This document shows, piece by piece, positions 56,090 to 64,000 of a stretch of DNA of 64,000 nucleotides. Both the position numbers and the translations under genes were made by a program. The notes below the pieces were generated by a model. That model had not been told where the DNA came from. It was given only the letters and a program-made list of their open reading frames with translations, and made no database searches. Every line of letters begins with the position of its first letter. Position 1 is the first letter of the stretch. Source of the DNA: a virus. Taxonomy: Duplodnaviria > Caudoviricetes. The stretch lies in IMG/VR virus record IMGVR_UViG_3300027759_003166; one strand, given 5' to 3'.

Positions 56090-56506
56090 TTAGAGAGCCA
56101 CACCACGTACATCAGCCGCTACTGTAGTATTAGCATTATCATATCCCTGTAACGCACCTGTACTTGTAGCAACAGCAACAATTGCTTGTTGACATGCTAA
56201 TGGAAATAGTTCAGTATCATCATCGCCATCATAATCTTGTTCAACAAATGCTCCACCTAACGCTGCCACAGCAATGGTCAATGTTGTACTACCACCTGAA
56301 TATCTAGGAGTACCTATAATTTCAATGCTGGCTAGTTCAGCGATAGCATCTAATGCTTGTACTACTGGGCTTTGCACACCTGCTAATCTACCTAACTTTG
56401 CTGTTAGATTTGCACTTGGAAATGTGATTGTTATAAACTGTAATGTAACACCGTTTTTGTATACTGGTGCAATTAACGTTTCATTTGTTTTTGTAATTCC
56501 TGTCAT
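56090..56506 (-). CDS. Small Ala/Gly-rich late (probably virion) protein, paralog 3
   Basis: Start moved to MTGITKTNE (GGAG SD; TAAATA at 56529-56534). APVYKNGVTLQF matches paralog 2. Confidence 0.65.
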   Translation of the reverse strand: MTGITKTNETLIAPVYKNGVTLQFITITFPSANLTAKLGRLAGVQSPVVQALDAIAELASIEIIGTPRYSGGSTTLTIAVAALGGAFVEQDYDGDDDTELFPLACQQAIVAVATSTGALQGYDNANTTVAADVRGVAL

Positions 56507-56546
56507 TGTAACTATCTCCGATTGTTTATATTTAGCAAGTTTACTC

Positions 56547-56576
56547 AAAGAAAAAGGGAGTTATAAAACTCCCTTT
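56547..56576 (-). terminator. Rho-independent terminator
   Basis: AAAGGGAGTT-N4-AACTCCCTTT followed by TTCTTT. Confidence 0.8.
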
Positions 56577-56596
56577 AATATCGCTAACTTTTTAAA

Positions 56597-57040
56597 TTAT
56601 AGTACCATTGCTGCTACTGTACAGCTAGCAAGATTTACACCTTGTTTTGTACCGCCGTCGTTTAATAGACGTTCTAGATAAGCAGCGAAAGCTTCGCTAT
56701 TTGTACCATCCCACCTAGCTGTACCAAAGTCACCACCAGCTGCTGCTACTGCGAAACGTACATCACGTCCAACACCACCACCAGAACTTTCTCTAGTGCT
56801 CAAATCTGAAATTGTACCTACCATTTCAATAGAACATGCCTGTTGAATAATATGGAATGCTGTCGAAACTGGACTCTTAGCCTGCTCTGCTGTATATGTA
56901 CCAGCAAGAAAACCAGCATTATCTGTAGTTAATTTAGCAGCTACTGTGCTTGGGAATGATAATACAAACCACTGTAGTGATACACCATTTTTGTAAAAAG
57001 GTGCTGCTGTTTGTGCATTTTTGTTAATTAATTGTGCCAT
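56597..57040 (-). CDS. Small Ala/Gly-rich late protein, paralog 2
   Basis: APFYKNGVSLQWF...SPV...SIEMVGT. Confidence 0.65.
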   Translation of the reverse strand: MAQLINKNAQTAAPFYKNGVSLQWFVLSFPSTVAAKLTTDNAGFLAGTYTAEQAKSPVSTAFHIIQQACSIEMVGTISDLSTRESSGGGVGRDVRFAVAAAGGDFGTARWDGTNSEAFAAYLERLLNDGGTKQGVNLASCTVAAMVL

Positions 57041-57110
57041 TTTAAAATCTCCTAATCTTGTTTTTTAAGTTTCCCTATGAAACTTAGTATGTTTTTATTT
57101 ATCACTTTTG
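57036..57110. repeat. 75-bp direct repeat, copy 1 (promoter, hairpin and SD leader)
   Basis: Near-identical to 57551-57625; contains TAAATA, AAGTTTC-ATAGG-GAAACTT and TAGGAGA on the minus strand. Confidence 0.9.
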
Positions 57111-57113
57111 GCC

Positions 57114-57142
57114 AAAAAGAAAGGGGATATAAATCCCCTTTC
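57114..57142 (-). terminator. Rho-independent terminator
   Basis: GAAAGGGGAT-N4-ATCCCCTTTC followed by TTTTT. Confidence 0.8.
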
Positions 57143-57159
57143 AATGTATCTACTTAATA

Positions 57160-57555
57160 TTAAGCAGAGAATGTACCTGCGTTGGTAAGTGTTGTATAAG
57201 CATTTACAGTCAATTTATCAACTGTAGTAATACCTGCTAGAACAACCGCATCTTTCAATGCACCATATGCACCAGTAGTAATTGCACCGCCACCAGCATT
57301 GAAGCTAGGACCGTCAACGATACAAGTGAAGTAGTGAGCGTCTGTACGAGCACCAAGCCATACAATGCTACCTAATGATTCTACAGCTTCAACAGCTTTG
57401 GAATAACCACCCTTGGTGATTGCGCCAGTTGTGCCGTTAACTGTATCTGCTGTGAAAGCAGCAGAATCAGAATCAGTAATTTTAATTACTAGTGGGGAAT
57501 AACCATAAAATGCACCTGTTGATACGGTGCCGTGAACTCTATTAATTGTCGCCAT
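57160..57555 (-). CDS. Small Ala/Gly-rich late protein, probable divergent paralog 1
   Basis: MATINRVHG; similar size and composition to its neighbours, and the same leader as 56597-57040. Confidence 0.65.
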   Translation of the reverse strand: MATINRVHGTVSTGAFYGYSPLVIKITDSDSAAFTADTVNGTTGAITKGGYSKAVEAVESLGSIVWLGARTDAHYFTCIVDGPSFNAGGGAITTGAYGALKDAVVLAGITTVDKLTVNAYTTLTNAGTFSA

Positions 57556-57625
57556 TTTTAAATCTCCTAATCTTATTTTTTAAGTTTCCCTATGAAACTT
57601 AGTATGTTTTTATTTATCAGTTTTG
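57551..57625. repeat. 75-bp direct repeat, copy 2
   Basis: See 57036-57110. Confidence 0.9.
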
Positions 57626-57649
57626 AACAAAACTTATATAAACGGATGC

Positions 57650-57949
57650 TTAATCGTCGTTTTTGACGTCGCCATCTATGATTTTTAGGTGTTTTGCGAT
57701 TTCTTTGTTATCTCGTAGTCTACGTATACTGCGTGTAAATTTACTAGGATCGCTGCCTTTGATGCTGTTAATTAGTCTACGTTCTAACTCATAGGCATCT
57801 TCAGTGGAGAAATTTTCTCTAATTAGCGTTAATAGATTAATAGCGCTATCAATTACATGAGTAGCCCTGGCTTCTATAACGGCCTCACTGTTTTTCTTTT
57901 CCGTTATGGAATTGAGTTCTTCTAATAGGCTACGTGTTGTTCGTTTCAA
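57650..57949 (-). CDS. Hypothetical protein
   Basis: RSLLEELNSI...VIEARATHVIDSAINLL...ELERRLINSIK. Confidence 0.65.
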   Translation of the reverse strand: MKRTTRSLLEELNSITEKKNSEAVIEARATHVIDSAINLLTLIRENFSTEDAYELERRLINSIKGSDPSKFTRSIRRLRDNKEIAKHLKIIDGDVKNDD

Positions 57950-58022
57950 GATGTCATCCTTGTTATATGATATTTAGTAGATTATAACATAGATGTTTGG
58001 AAAAATAAAGTCTTGAAAAATG

Positions 58023-58051
58023 TTGCGTTGCCGCAAAAGTCCACGTATAAT
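58023..58051 (+). promoter_or_regulatory. Sigma70-type promoter
   Basis: TTGCGT-N17-TATAAT. Confidence 0.55.
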
Positions 58052-58112
58052 CTACTAAATATTCAGTAGAAACCACTAGTCTCTACAATATTTTAACAAA
58101 CAGGAGAAAAAT

Positions 58113-58286
58113 ATGTTAAACCAACTAGCTGAATACTTCCAAAAGATAATTCAGAGATTCGAAAAGCCACAAACTTATGGATCAGCATTAGAACAATACA
58201 TTGTTAGTCATTCACCACAAACGTCATGTGATGTGGATCGTCTTACTCGTCAATTTGATATACAACAATCAGGAAGGGGATGGTAA
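58113..58286 (+). CDS. 57-aa protein, DUF3563-like (not in the ORF track)
   Basis: CAGGAG SD; ...GSALEQYIVSHSPQTSCDVDRLTRQFD.... Confidence 0.65.
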   Translation: MLNQLAEYFQKIIQRFEKPQTYGSALEQYIVSHSPQTSCDVDRLTRQFDIQQSGRGW

Positions 58287-58288
58287 TC

Positions 58289-58423
58289 ATGAAAATAATA
58301 AAAGCAATATACAACTTTTTTGGCGCAATGGGACTTGCTCACGCTGCTTCAAATTTAGCACGTAGTGGTGACCACAAGGGTGCAAAGAATCTTATGATGC
58401 AAGATTTCAAAGGATGGATATGA
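58289..58423 (+). CDS. 44-aa hypothetical protein (not in the ORF track)
   Basis: MKIIKAIYNFFGAMGLAHAASNLARSGDHKGAKNLMMQDFKGWI; coupled to both neighbours. Confidence 0.55.
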   Translation: MKIIKAIYNFFGAMGLAHAASNLARSGDHKGAKNLMMQDFKGWI

Positions 58424-58593
58424 TTATAGAAGAAATGTTTGCACTACAATTCTTGCTTATAATGTCACTCATGGTAGTACACTTTGTTAAAGAGTTATTA
58501 ACATTCTGGTGGCCAGTGTCTAACGAAGAGTGGGAAAGGTTAAATTACCCCGAGCGTTTTAAAACTAAAACACTCATAACAGTTGCAAGATAA
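58420..58593 (+). CDS. 57-aa single-TM protein (not in the ORF track)
   Basis: ATGA overlap; hydrophobic FALQFLLIMSLMVVHFV. Confidence 0.5.
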   Translation: MIIEEMFALQFLLIMSLMVVHFVKELLTFWWPVSNEEWERLNYPERFKTKTLITVAR

Positions 58594-58645
58594 ATAACAA
58601 TGCAGTATACTTTACTGCTACACATTAACACACAGGAAAATAAAA

Positions 58646-58927
58646 ATGTTTAATAAACTATTCGCACCGTATCTAACACTTGAAGCACACATTGATGCTT
58701 TCCAACAAACCAAGCGAGGCCTAACAGATAAGATCATTACTGATCCTACTCTTAATAAGGCTGCACACGATTATATTGATGCTCAGACTGAATTTGCTAA
58801 AATGTTAGCACACAACTTCACTGACATCGCCAAGTATTCCGTGGATTCCATTACTAATAAATGGTTTCCTAAGAATGAAGAAGTAACCGAGGCTAAGGTT
58901 ACACGTAGCAAACGTGCTACTGCCTAA
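58646..58927 (+). CDS. Helical protein, phasin-like
   Basis: CAGGA SD; amphipathic IDAFQ...YIDAQTEFAKML. Confidence 0.45.
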   Translation: MFNKLFAPYLTLEAHIDAFQQTKRGLTDKIITDPTLNKAAHDYIDAQTEFAKMLAHNFTDIAKYSVDSITNKWFPKNEEVTEAKVTRSKRATA

Positions 58928-58954
58928 GACATACACACACACAAGGAGAAAATT

Positions 58955-59236
58955 ATGTCAAACACATTTAATAACTCAAAATTACCCGAGTTTAAAGTTA
59001 ATCAATCTAAAAACGGTTATGAAATCCGTACAGACATTCTTGGAATGGCTAAAAGCCTAGTACAAGACGATTTCCATGCTAAATTCCAAGGCTGGGAAAT
59101 GACTGCTACTCGTGATGAGAAGACTGGTCAAATCGTTAGTACAGTAGCAATGCCAACTTTTCCAGGACTAGATAAAGTTCTAGAGACAGCAGAAAAAATG
59201 TATTCATTTGTGAATGCAGGCTCTACTAAAAAATAA
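58955..59236 (+). CDS. Conserved hypothetical phage protein
   Basis: AAGGAG SD; KNGYEIRTDIL...VLETAEKMYSFV. Confidence 0.7.
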   Translation: MSNTFNNSKLPEFKVNQSKNGYEIRTDILGMAKSLVQDDFHAKFQGWEMTATRDEKTGQIVSTVAMPTFPGLDKVLETAEKMYSFVNAGSTKK

Positions 59237-59266
59237 TACTAAAAAATATATAGGACGTAGTCCAGG

Positions 59267-59294
59267 AGCCCCGGCATTAGATCGGGGCTTTTTT
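59267..59294 (+). terminator. Rho-independent terminator
   Basis: AGCCCCG-N9-CGGGGCT followed by TTTTT. Confidence 0.8.
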
Positions 59295-59302
59295 ACAACT
59301 GA

Positions 59303-59707
59303 TTAGATTGGGTGGCTACGTAAGAACTCGGGATATTGCTTGTTAAAGTGTCTCATTATAACACCGGCAATTTCGTGTGCTTGATTTTCTTCAGGACTAC
59401 CAGTAGCACCGCTTTGATCATTAAGCTCATTTCTAATATCTTGTCTATAATGTACAAGTTCGTGAGCAACGGTCCTAAGTATATCCACAGGATGGCGATT
59501 GAGTATAGCCACGTGTAAAATTTTATCTTCATTGTCATACATACCAAAACTTGGTTGACTACCCGATTGTACTTCTGGTTCAAAGTCCATCTTAGGTAGT
59601 CTATCAATCTCCAAGATTTCCATAGCCAGGGGAAGAAACTTCTTGAACATGTCAACAAATGTCGCTTTAGATTCTCGGCCTTCAACTAATAACTCTGTGA
59701 TCTTCAT
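59303..59707 (-). CDS. HExxH zincin-like protein
   Basis: LRTVAHELVHYRQ...ENQAH; MKITELLVE start. Confidence 0.65.
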   Translation of the reverse strand: MKITELLVEGRESKATFVDMFKKFLPLAMEILEIDRLPKMDFEPEVQSGSQPSFGMYDNEDKILHVAILNRHPVDILRTVAHELVHYRQDIRNELNDQSGATGSPEENQAHEIAGVIMRHFNKQYPEFLRSHPI

Positions 59708-59713
59708 AATATG

Positions 59714-59820
59714 TATTTAGTGCCGGTGACTTTATCCGGCTCCTACTACGCGAGGAAGTTCAATTGCGCGGACGCCTTTAGCCGTGGCTTCCAACGGAAC
59801 CTAAGGTAGGTGTTCTATAC
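59714..59820 (-). ncRNA. Structured intergenic RNA candidate with a SAM-V-like pseudoknot core
   Basis: GC-rich. Stems GAAC/GTTC, CCGT/ACGG, CGCG/CGCG and GCCGG/CCGGC; loop CAATTGAACT-TCC can pair with GGA-TAAA. Confidence 0.35.
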
Positions 59821-59884
59821 TGGACTATATGGATTACAGGGTCTATCTGTACCATCGTCCTCCGGGTATACCGGATAATCATTA

Positions 59885-60700
59885 TCAGTCGGCTGATTTG
59901 CATTTGGCTCGTTTTGCATTAGTTAGTGCTCCAAAATCTACAGGCCATTCTTGGCCGGGTGCTATTTCTTTAGCGTTAGGTGGAAAAGCATACTTAACGC
60001 CGGATTCTTGCATAATATTAGCAATCGGTTGACGGAACTTAGTTAAGTCGTTGCCTAAGTTAACATATGGTTTTGTATGGGGGAATCTCCAACCCAAAAC
60101 TTCACCTGTTGCATTGTTGATTACAATCTTATAGTAGCCGTGTGGCACAATAACACCGTTGCCGATAGCAGTATCACCTTGTCCGTATATAGCACCAACG
60201 TAGATTGTAAATGGTTGATTGAGTTGTACTGCCCAACCACGTACACTTGTTTCTAATAGTTTCCAAATTCCTCTGTTTAATGATCCATGTTGTGGATACA
60301 TATTAGTCATTAAGAAACTTTCGTACTCGACTTGTTGTGTCCAGCTTAGATCACCATCTGGTGCGCCGTGGCCTTTGTCATAGCCTGTGCCAGCATAGTC
60401 ATCTGGTCTAGCACCTGTACCGCCTAGGCTTTGGTCAGCAACAAACGCATTGGTACGTGGAAAGCAACCTAGTGCGTTTTGTGGTAGCAATGTGTATGCT
60501 ACGTATACAGGAATCTTTACAGGAGCATCATATGCTACCAAATATGCTTCACGGCAAATAGGTTGTGCTGCTCGTTGTGTTTGTGCAAAGCCGTATGGGC
60601 TATGTACCTGACATGCCTGTGGTGGTAGTGGAGCCCGTTGTTCCCAGGCCTGAGCCAACCCTGCTAGGAATAGCAGAGCAATGGTTAGTAGTTTTTTCAT
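59885..60700 (-). CDS. Secreted DNA/RNA non-specific endonuclease (NucA/EndoG family)
   Basis: Signal peptide, YDKGH, TNMYPQ...LNRGIWKLLE and VPHGYYKIV. Confidence 0.9.
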   Translation of the reverse strand: MKKLLTIALLFLAGLAQAWEQRAPLPPQACQVHSPYGFAQTQRAAQPICREAYLVAYDAPVKIPVYVAYTLLPQNALGCFPRTNAFVADQSLGGTGARPDDYAGTGYDKGHGAPDGDLSWTQQVEYESFLMTNMYPQHGSLNRGIWKLLETSVRGWAVQLNQPFTIYVGAIYGQGDTAIGNGVIVPHGYYKIVINNATGEVLGWRFPHTKPYVNLGNDLTKFRQPIANIMQESGVKYAFPPNAKEIAPGQEWPVDFGALTNAKRAKCKSAD

Positions 60701-60731
60701 GATAGTCCTTAATTAACTACCAATATTTATG

Positions 60732-63700
60732 TTATCTACGCACGAAATGATAGTCGCCATCTGGACCGTTATTGCTAAACAATCCTAAGCAATCGTAGCC
60801 CAGTGAATCCATATACTCAATTACAATATCTTTTAATGGAGCACCTTTGTTATACTCTACTATCTGCAATTCTAATATAATATGTTTAGCTGTTTTAATA
60901 GTTTCTTGGGCACCTTTAAGAACATCCATTTCTGCGCCCTGTACATCCATTTTAATTAGATCTGGTGGTGGATATTGATTAAGGCTTACTACTGCATCTA
61001 GTGCAATAGTTTTAAGTTTTCTAACATACTTGTCGCTGTACAAAGTTGCTGCTGCTGGTTGAATTTCAGGATTTTCTCTGTAATAGCTATTGCCGCCCGG
61101 TGCTTCATTATTTTGATAGAAGTCTACTTCTTTACCACTTTGATCACTTAATACTCCTATAAAGTATTTTATACCAGCTTCTTGATATAAGAATTCGTGT
61201 ACATCTGCTGCTTCAAATGCTATAACTTCCGCTTCAGGCCAAATGTTCTTAACTCTATCTGTCCAATGTAACACACATGCACCAATGTCATATATAACCT
61301 TTGGATTTTCTCCTTGTTCTTTTAATTTAGTCAAGTACTCTATATGTGCAGGTGGAAATGGATATGGATCTCGCAATTCTCTTAGAAATTGTTTAATGTC
61401 AACTATATTTGAATGTGTGTCAATTGCTGGTATATTTGTATCTACACTAAATGTAAAACTTCCTATATGTCTACATAATATAGTAGGATCTGCCCAAATT
61501 TTAAATCCACGATCTCGTGCCTTAATACTGAAATCTACATCTTCGGATACTGTATCGTTGATACTTATAGCACTATGATATTTAAATTGGGGATATCCTA
61601 TAGTTCTCAATACTTCTGCTTTGACTAAAGTACATCCAAATCCGCAACCTGCTACTTCTACTAAAGATCTGCCTTTTAATTTTCCATAAGGCATATTAGT
61701 TACACCACCAGTTGATGTATGTTCGTATATTTCTAAAATATGTTGACCCGGCTTACGTTGTATATATAATCCACTTACCACATCTTTGTCGTGTGCTAAT
61801 AATTTAGCCAACGTATCTGGTGCAAATGCAATATCACTATCTACAGAAAATAGATAATCAAATCCATTTACTACCCAACTTGCTATTAAATTACGTACTT
61901 GATCTATATTATATCCATAGAAAAATTGAAACATAGTTTCATATCCATCAGGCACAATAAGATCATAGATACTTTTAAATGTATCTGGTTCAATATTCTT
62001 AGCTGTTGGAATTGCTATAAGTATTTTTTTTTTAGGTTGAATCATTTTTTGTACTATCTCTCTTGCATTTTTATTTTGTTCTTCTGCATTAACTTTGTAA
62101 TCATTTAACGGACTTGTATCATTATAATTATAAACTACATCAGTTAAACATTTTACTCGATTGGGATCTGCTTCCTCTATCAATGCATAAAATACACTTC
62201 CATCACCGCCGGCCTTATACCAATTACCATTACTATCTTTAAATGAACTATCATCAATATTGTTTAACAATGACTTTTTAAATGTTCTTAAATGCGTATA
62301 AGGTAAGATCCAGTTGAAATGATGATCTCTATAGGATTTACTTTGTTTAATTGCTTCAGGATATGGTTGACTAATTAATGGAATGTTATCAATCATGCTC
62401 CAACAACTACCATAGGTAAATTCCGTAGTACCATCATAGATAGAATTATAATATGAGAATATAGTATTATCATTAATAAGACTATCATCACCATCTATTA
62501 ACATAACAATGGCGTTATCATCCTTGACTATTGATCTTATGTTTTGTATTTGATTTCTAACTGCGCCTAAATTCTCCGTATTTGAAATAAGTGTGAACTT
62601 ATTTCTAATATCTGCTGGCATCGGTCTTAGTGTTTCTATTATAACTTCTACGGTGTTATCTGTACTAGCATCATCAATTAAAATGTGCTCATAGTTATCA
62701 TAGTCCTGTGTAGCCACACTAGTTATACAACGTGAAATGTAATCAGCACAATTATAGAAAGGACTGACAACAACTATCTTCTGTTCATTACCTGCTCGAT
62801 AGTTTTCCAATTCAATGGTATTAGTAAACCTACGATTCCATATCTTATGTACTCTATGATTAATCTTTGATACTCGACGATAGCTGTCTTTAGATAGATA
62901 TTTGCCCAGACGTTGGGCCATAAACTGTTTCCACTGTAGGGCAACACTATCCCATCCTGCGATGTCCTTGACAATATTACAGTAGTATTGTTTTTGTTGA
63001 TGTAGATATCTATTGTGGTATGCTTGTACAGTCATTGCCACAAACTTATTAATTTGTTCAGTGGTATTAATATCAGGGAACAAGCCATTAGGCTCTATAG
63101 AATAATCAATATGATAACAGGCACCTTCTAGAGCAATTTCTTCCAATGCTCCAAATCTACAAGTAAGTATAGGAGTATTGTAGAGTAAACTTTCTAATGA
63201 TGATATACCAAACGTTTCAGGAAATGCCGAAGGGTAGATCATAAAATTTGCCAATGTAAGTATATCAGCAATTTCTCGTTGAGGAATAACACCTGTATAT
63301 TCTATACCAAGTTCCGTATTACGTGGATCAGCCGCCATCCTGCGCCAATCTTTTTCTTGTTGATCTGGTTCAGAACTTTCACTAAATCTATAATAACCAC
63401 CTATAACTTTTAATCTAGCACTAGGTATCATTGCTTTTATCTTGGGCCAAATATGATTCACTAGTGGGATCATACCTTTGGTTACACTGGCATTATATAC
63501 AAATAAGTTAGGATCCTTAGCTTTGATATCAATTTCTTTTCTGTAATTTCTAGCACCATTGCGTGTGATAAACATCTTACGTTTTAGTACTTCAAAATTA
63601 CGTCTACGTCCATGATGGCAGTTAGCCACATAAGTTAGGTGAAAGTCACTGAGTGTGAATATATCTGTAATACGATTAGCTACAGCAAGTTCTTCAATGA

Positions 63701-64000
63701 TATTATCGCCGAGACAGAATGTATCATGCATCCACAATATACGCATAGTAGCTTTAGCGAGTATCCTATCATAAAGATTCATATCATGGAATGGGTATGC
63801 TCTACTATCACCAAGTCTTTCGTAGTCTTTAGGATCAGTAAATGGGATTACAGTTCTTGAGCTTATAACAATATCAAAAACATGGTCTTTGGCTAATTCA
63901 GTAAGTGTACGATATTCAACACCTTGATAATTTCCAGGATGAGCATGATCTGTATTACAGTTATTGAATACAGTTACATCAAAACCAATTTGGGCCAATT
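60732..64000 (-). CDS. Multidomain GT4 + GT2 + GT2 + FkbM methyltransferase, 5'-truncated by the window edge
   Basis: YPSAFPETFGISSLES (GT4); VVSPFYNC...DDASTD and IDGDD (GT2); FSVDSDI...GCGFG (GT2); YDIGAC...LIKMDVQGAE (FkbM). Confidence 0.85.
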   Translation of the reverse strand, partial: LAQIGFDVTVFNNCNTDHAHPGNYQGVEYRTLTELAKDHVFDIVISSRTVIPFTDPKDYERLGDSRAYPFHDMNLYDRILAKATMRILWMHDTFCLGDNIIEELAVANRITDIFTLSDFHLTYVANCHHGRRRNFEVLKRKMFITRNGARNYRKEIDIKAKDPNLFVYNASVTKGMIPLVNHIWPKIKAMIPSARLKVIGGYYRFSESSEPDQQEKDWRRMAADPRNTELGIEYTGVIPQREIADILTLANFMIYPSAFPETFGISSLESLLYNTPILTCRFGALEEIALEGACYHIDYSIEPNGLFPDINTTEQINKFVAMTVQAYHNRYLHQQKQYYCNIVKDIAGWDSVALQWKQFMAQRLGKYLSKDSYRRVSKINHRVHKIWNRRFTNTIELENYRAGNEQKIVVVSPFYNCADYISRCITSVATQDYDNYEHILIDDASTDNTVEVIIETLRPMPADIRNKFTLISNTENLGAVRNQIQNIRSIVKDDNAIVMLIDGDDSLINDNTIFSYYNSIYDGTTEFTYGSCWSMIDNIPLISQPYPEAIKQSKSYRDHHFNWILPYTHLRTFKKSLLNNIDDSSFKDSNGNWYKAGGDGSVFYALIEEADPNRVKCLTDVVYNYNDTSPLNDYKVNAEEQNKNAREIVQKMIQPKKKILIAIPTAKNIEPDTFKSIYDLIVPDGYETMFQFFYGYNIDQVRNLIASWVVNGFDYLFSVDSDIAFAPDTLAKLLAHDKDVVSGLYIQRKPGQHILEIYEHTSTGGVTNMPYGKLKGRSLVEVAGCGFGCTLVKAEVLRTIGYPQFKYHSAISINDTVSEDVDFSIKARDRGFKIWADPTILCRHIGSFTFSVDTNIPAIDTHSNIVDIKQFLRELRDPYPFPPAHIEYLTKLKEQGENPKVIYDIGACVLHWTDRVKNIWPEAEVIAFEAADVHEFLYQEAGIKYFIGVLSDQSGKEVDFYQNNEAPGGNSYYRENPEIQPAAATLYSDKYVRKLKTIALDAVVSLNQYPPPDLIKMDVQGAEMDVLKGAQETIKTAKHIILELQIVEYNKGAPLKDIVIEYMDSLGYDCLGLFSNNGPDGDYHFVRR

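Noticed and set aside
57036-57625. IS ends or attachment sites
   Set aside because: The repeats are direct, coincide exactly with promoter-to-ATG leaders, and no transposase or integrase is present.
59714-59800. HDV-like (theta) ribozyme
   Set aside because: TCCTCGC, ACT/AGT and GGTTCC/GGAGCC resemble L3, P3 and P1, but no P2 partner follows the CTAA, so the double pseudoknot cannot be completed. A twister fit also failed.
1-64000. Alternative genetic code (stop-codon reassignment)
   Set aside because: Known proteins (DnaK, ClpX, NrdA, NrdB) translate full length in the standard code and coding density is high.
1-64000. Bacterial chromosome segment
   Set aside because: Housekeeping-type genes lack their operon partners and are interspersed with phage-type small ORFs, a homing endonuclease, a tail-fibre-like gene and T4-like late promoters. 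A capsid or terminase gene outside the window would confirm the phage call.

Overview
This window looks like part of a large lytic T4-like (probably jumbo) myophage genome, most likely infecting an aquatic proteobacterium; the porin, ClpX, DnaK and tmRNA tag look betaproteobacterial. The phage call is inferred, because no capsid or terminase gene lies in the window. It rests on: nrdAB plus glutaredoxin; a free-standing GIY-YIG endonuclease; a tail-fibre-like gene; arrays of tiny ORFs; recurring TAAATA late-type promoters; and orphan host-like genes lacking their usual neighbours (dnaK without dnaJ/grpE, clpX without clpP/tig/lon, a lone rpsU). Layout: (1) 1-13958 (+), a glycan-synthesis island with three GT17, four SAM methyltransferases, two nucleotidyltransferases, a cupin, a form IV RuBisCO-like protein, HAD, GDPD and SGNH genes; (2) 13944-42575 (mostly -), host-takeover and auxiliary genes: hemO-pcyX, clpS, hsp20, dnaK, a lone GluTR dimerisation domain, a PBP7-like peptidase, rpsU, clpX, a porin, rubredoxin-rubrerythrin and a secreted Asn/Gln-rich operon; (3) 42684-57949 (-), nucleotide metabolism and probable virion genes; (4) a small + strand island, a structured intergenic RNA candidate, a secreted nuclease and a four-domain glycosyltransferase. 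The best signals missing from the ORF track are: a circularly permuted two-piece tmRNA (37230-37478, tag ANDSLYSIAA) on the same segment as phage ClpX, ClpS and S21; ROSE-like thermometer leaders duplicated on hsp20 and dnaK; a SAM-V-like pseudoknot candidate; and several unannotated small ORFs, including a rubredoxin. All family assignments come from motif recognition by eye; no database searches or folding programs were run.
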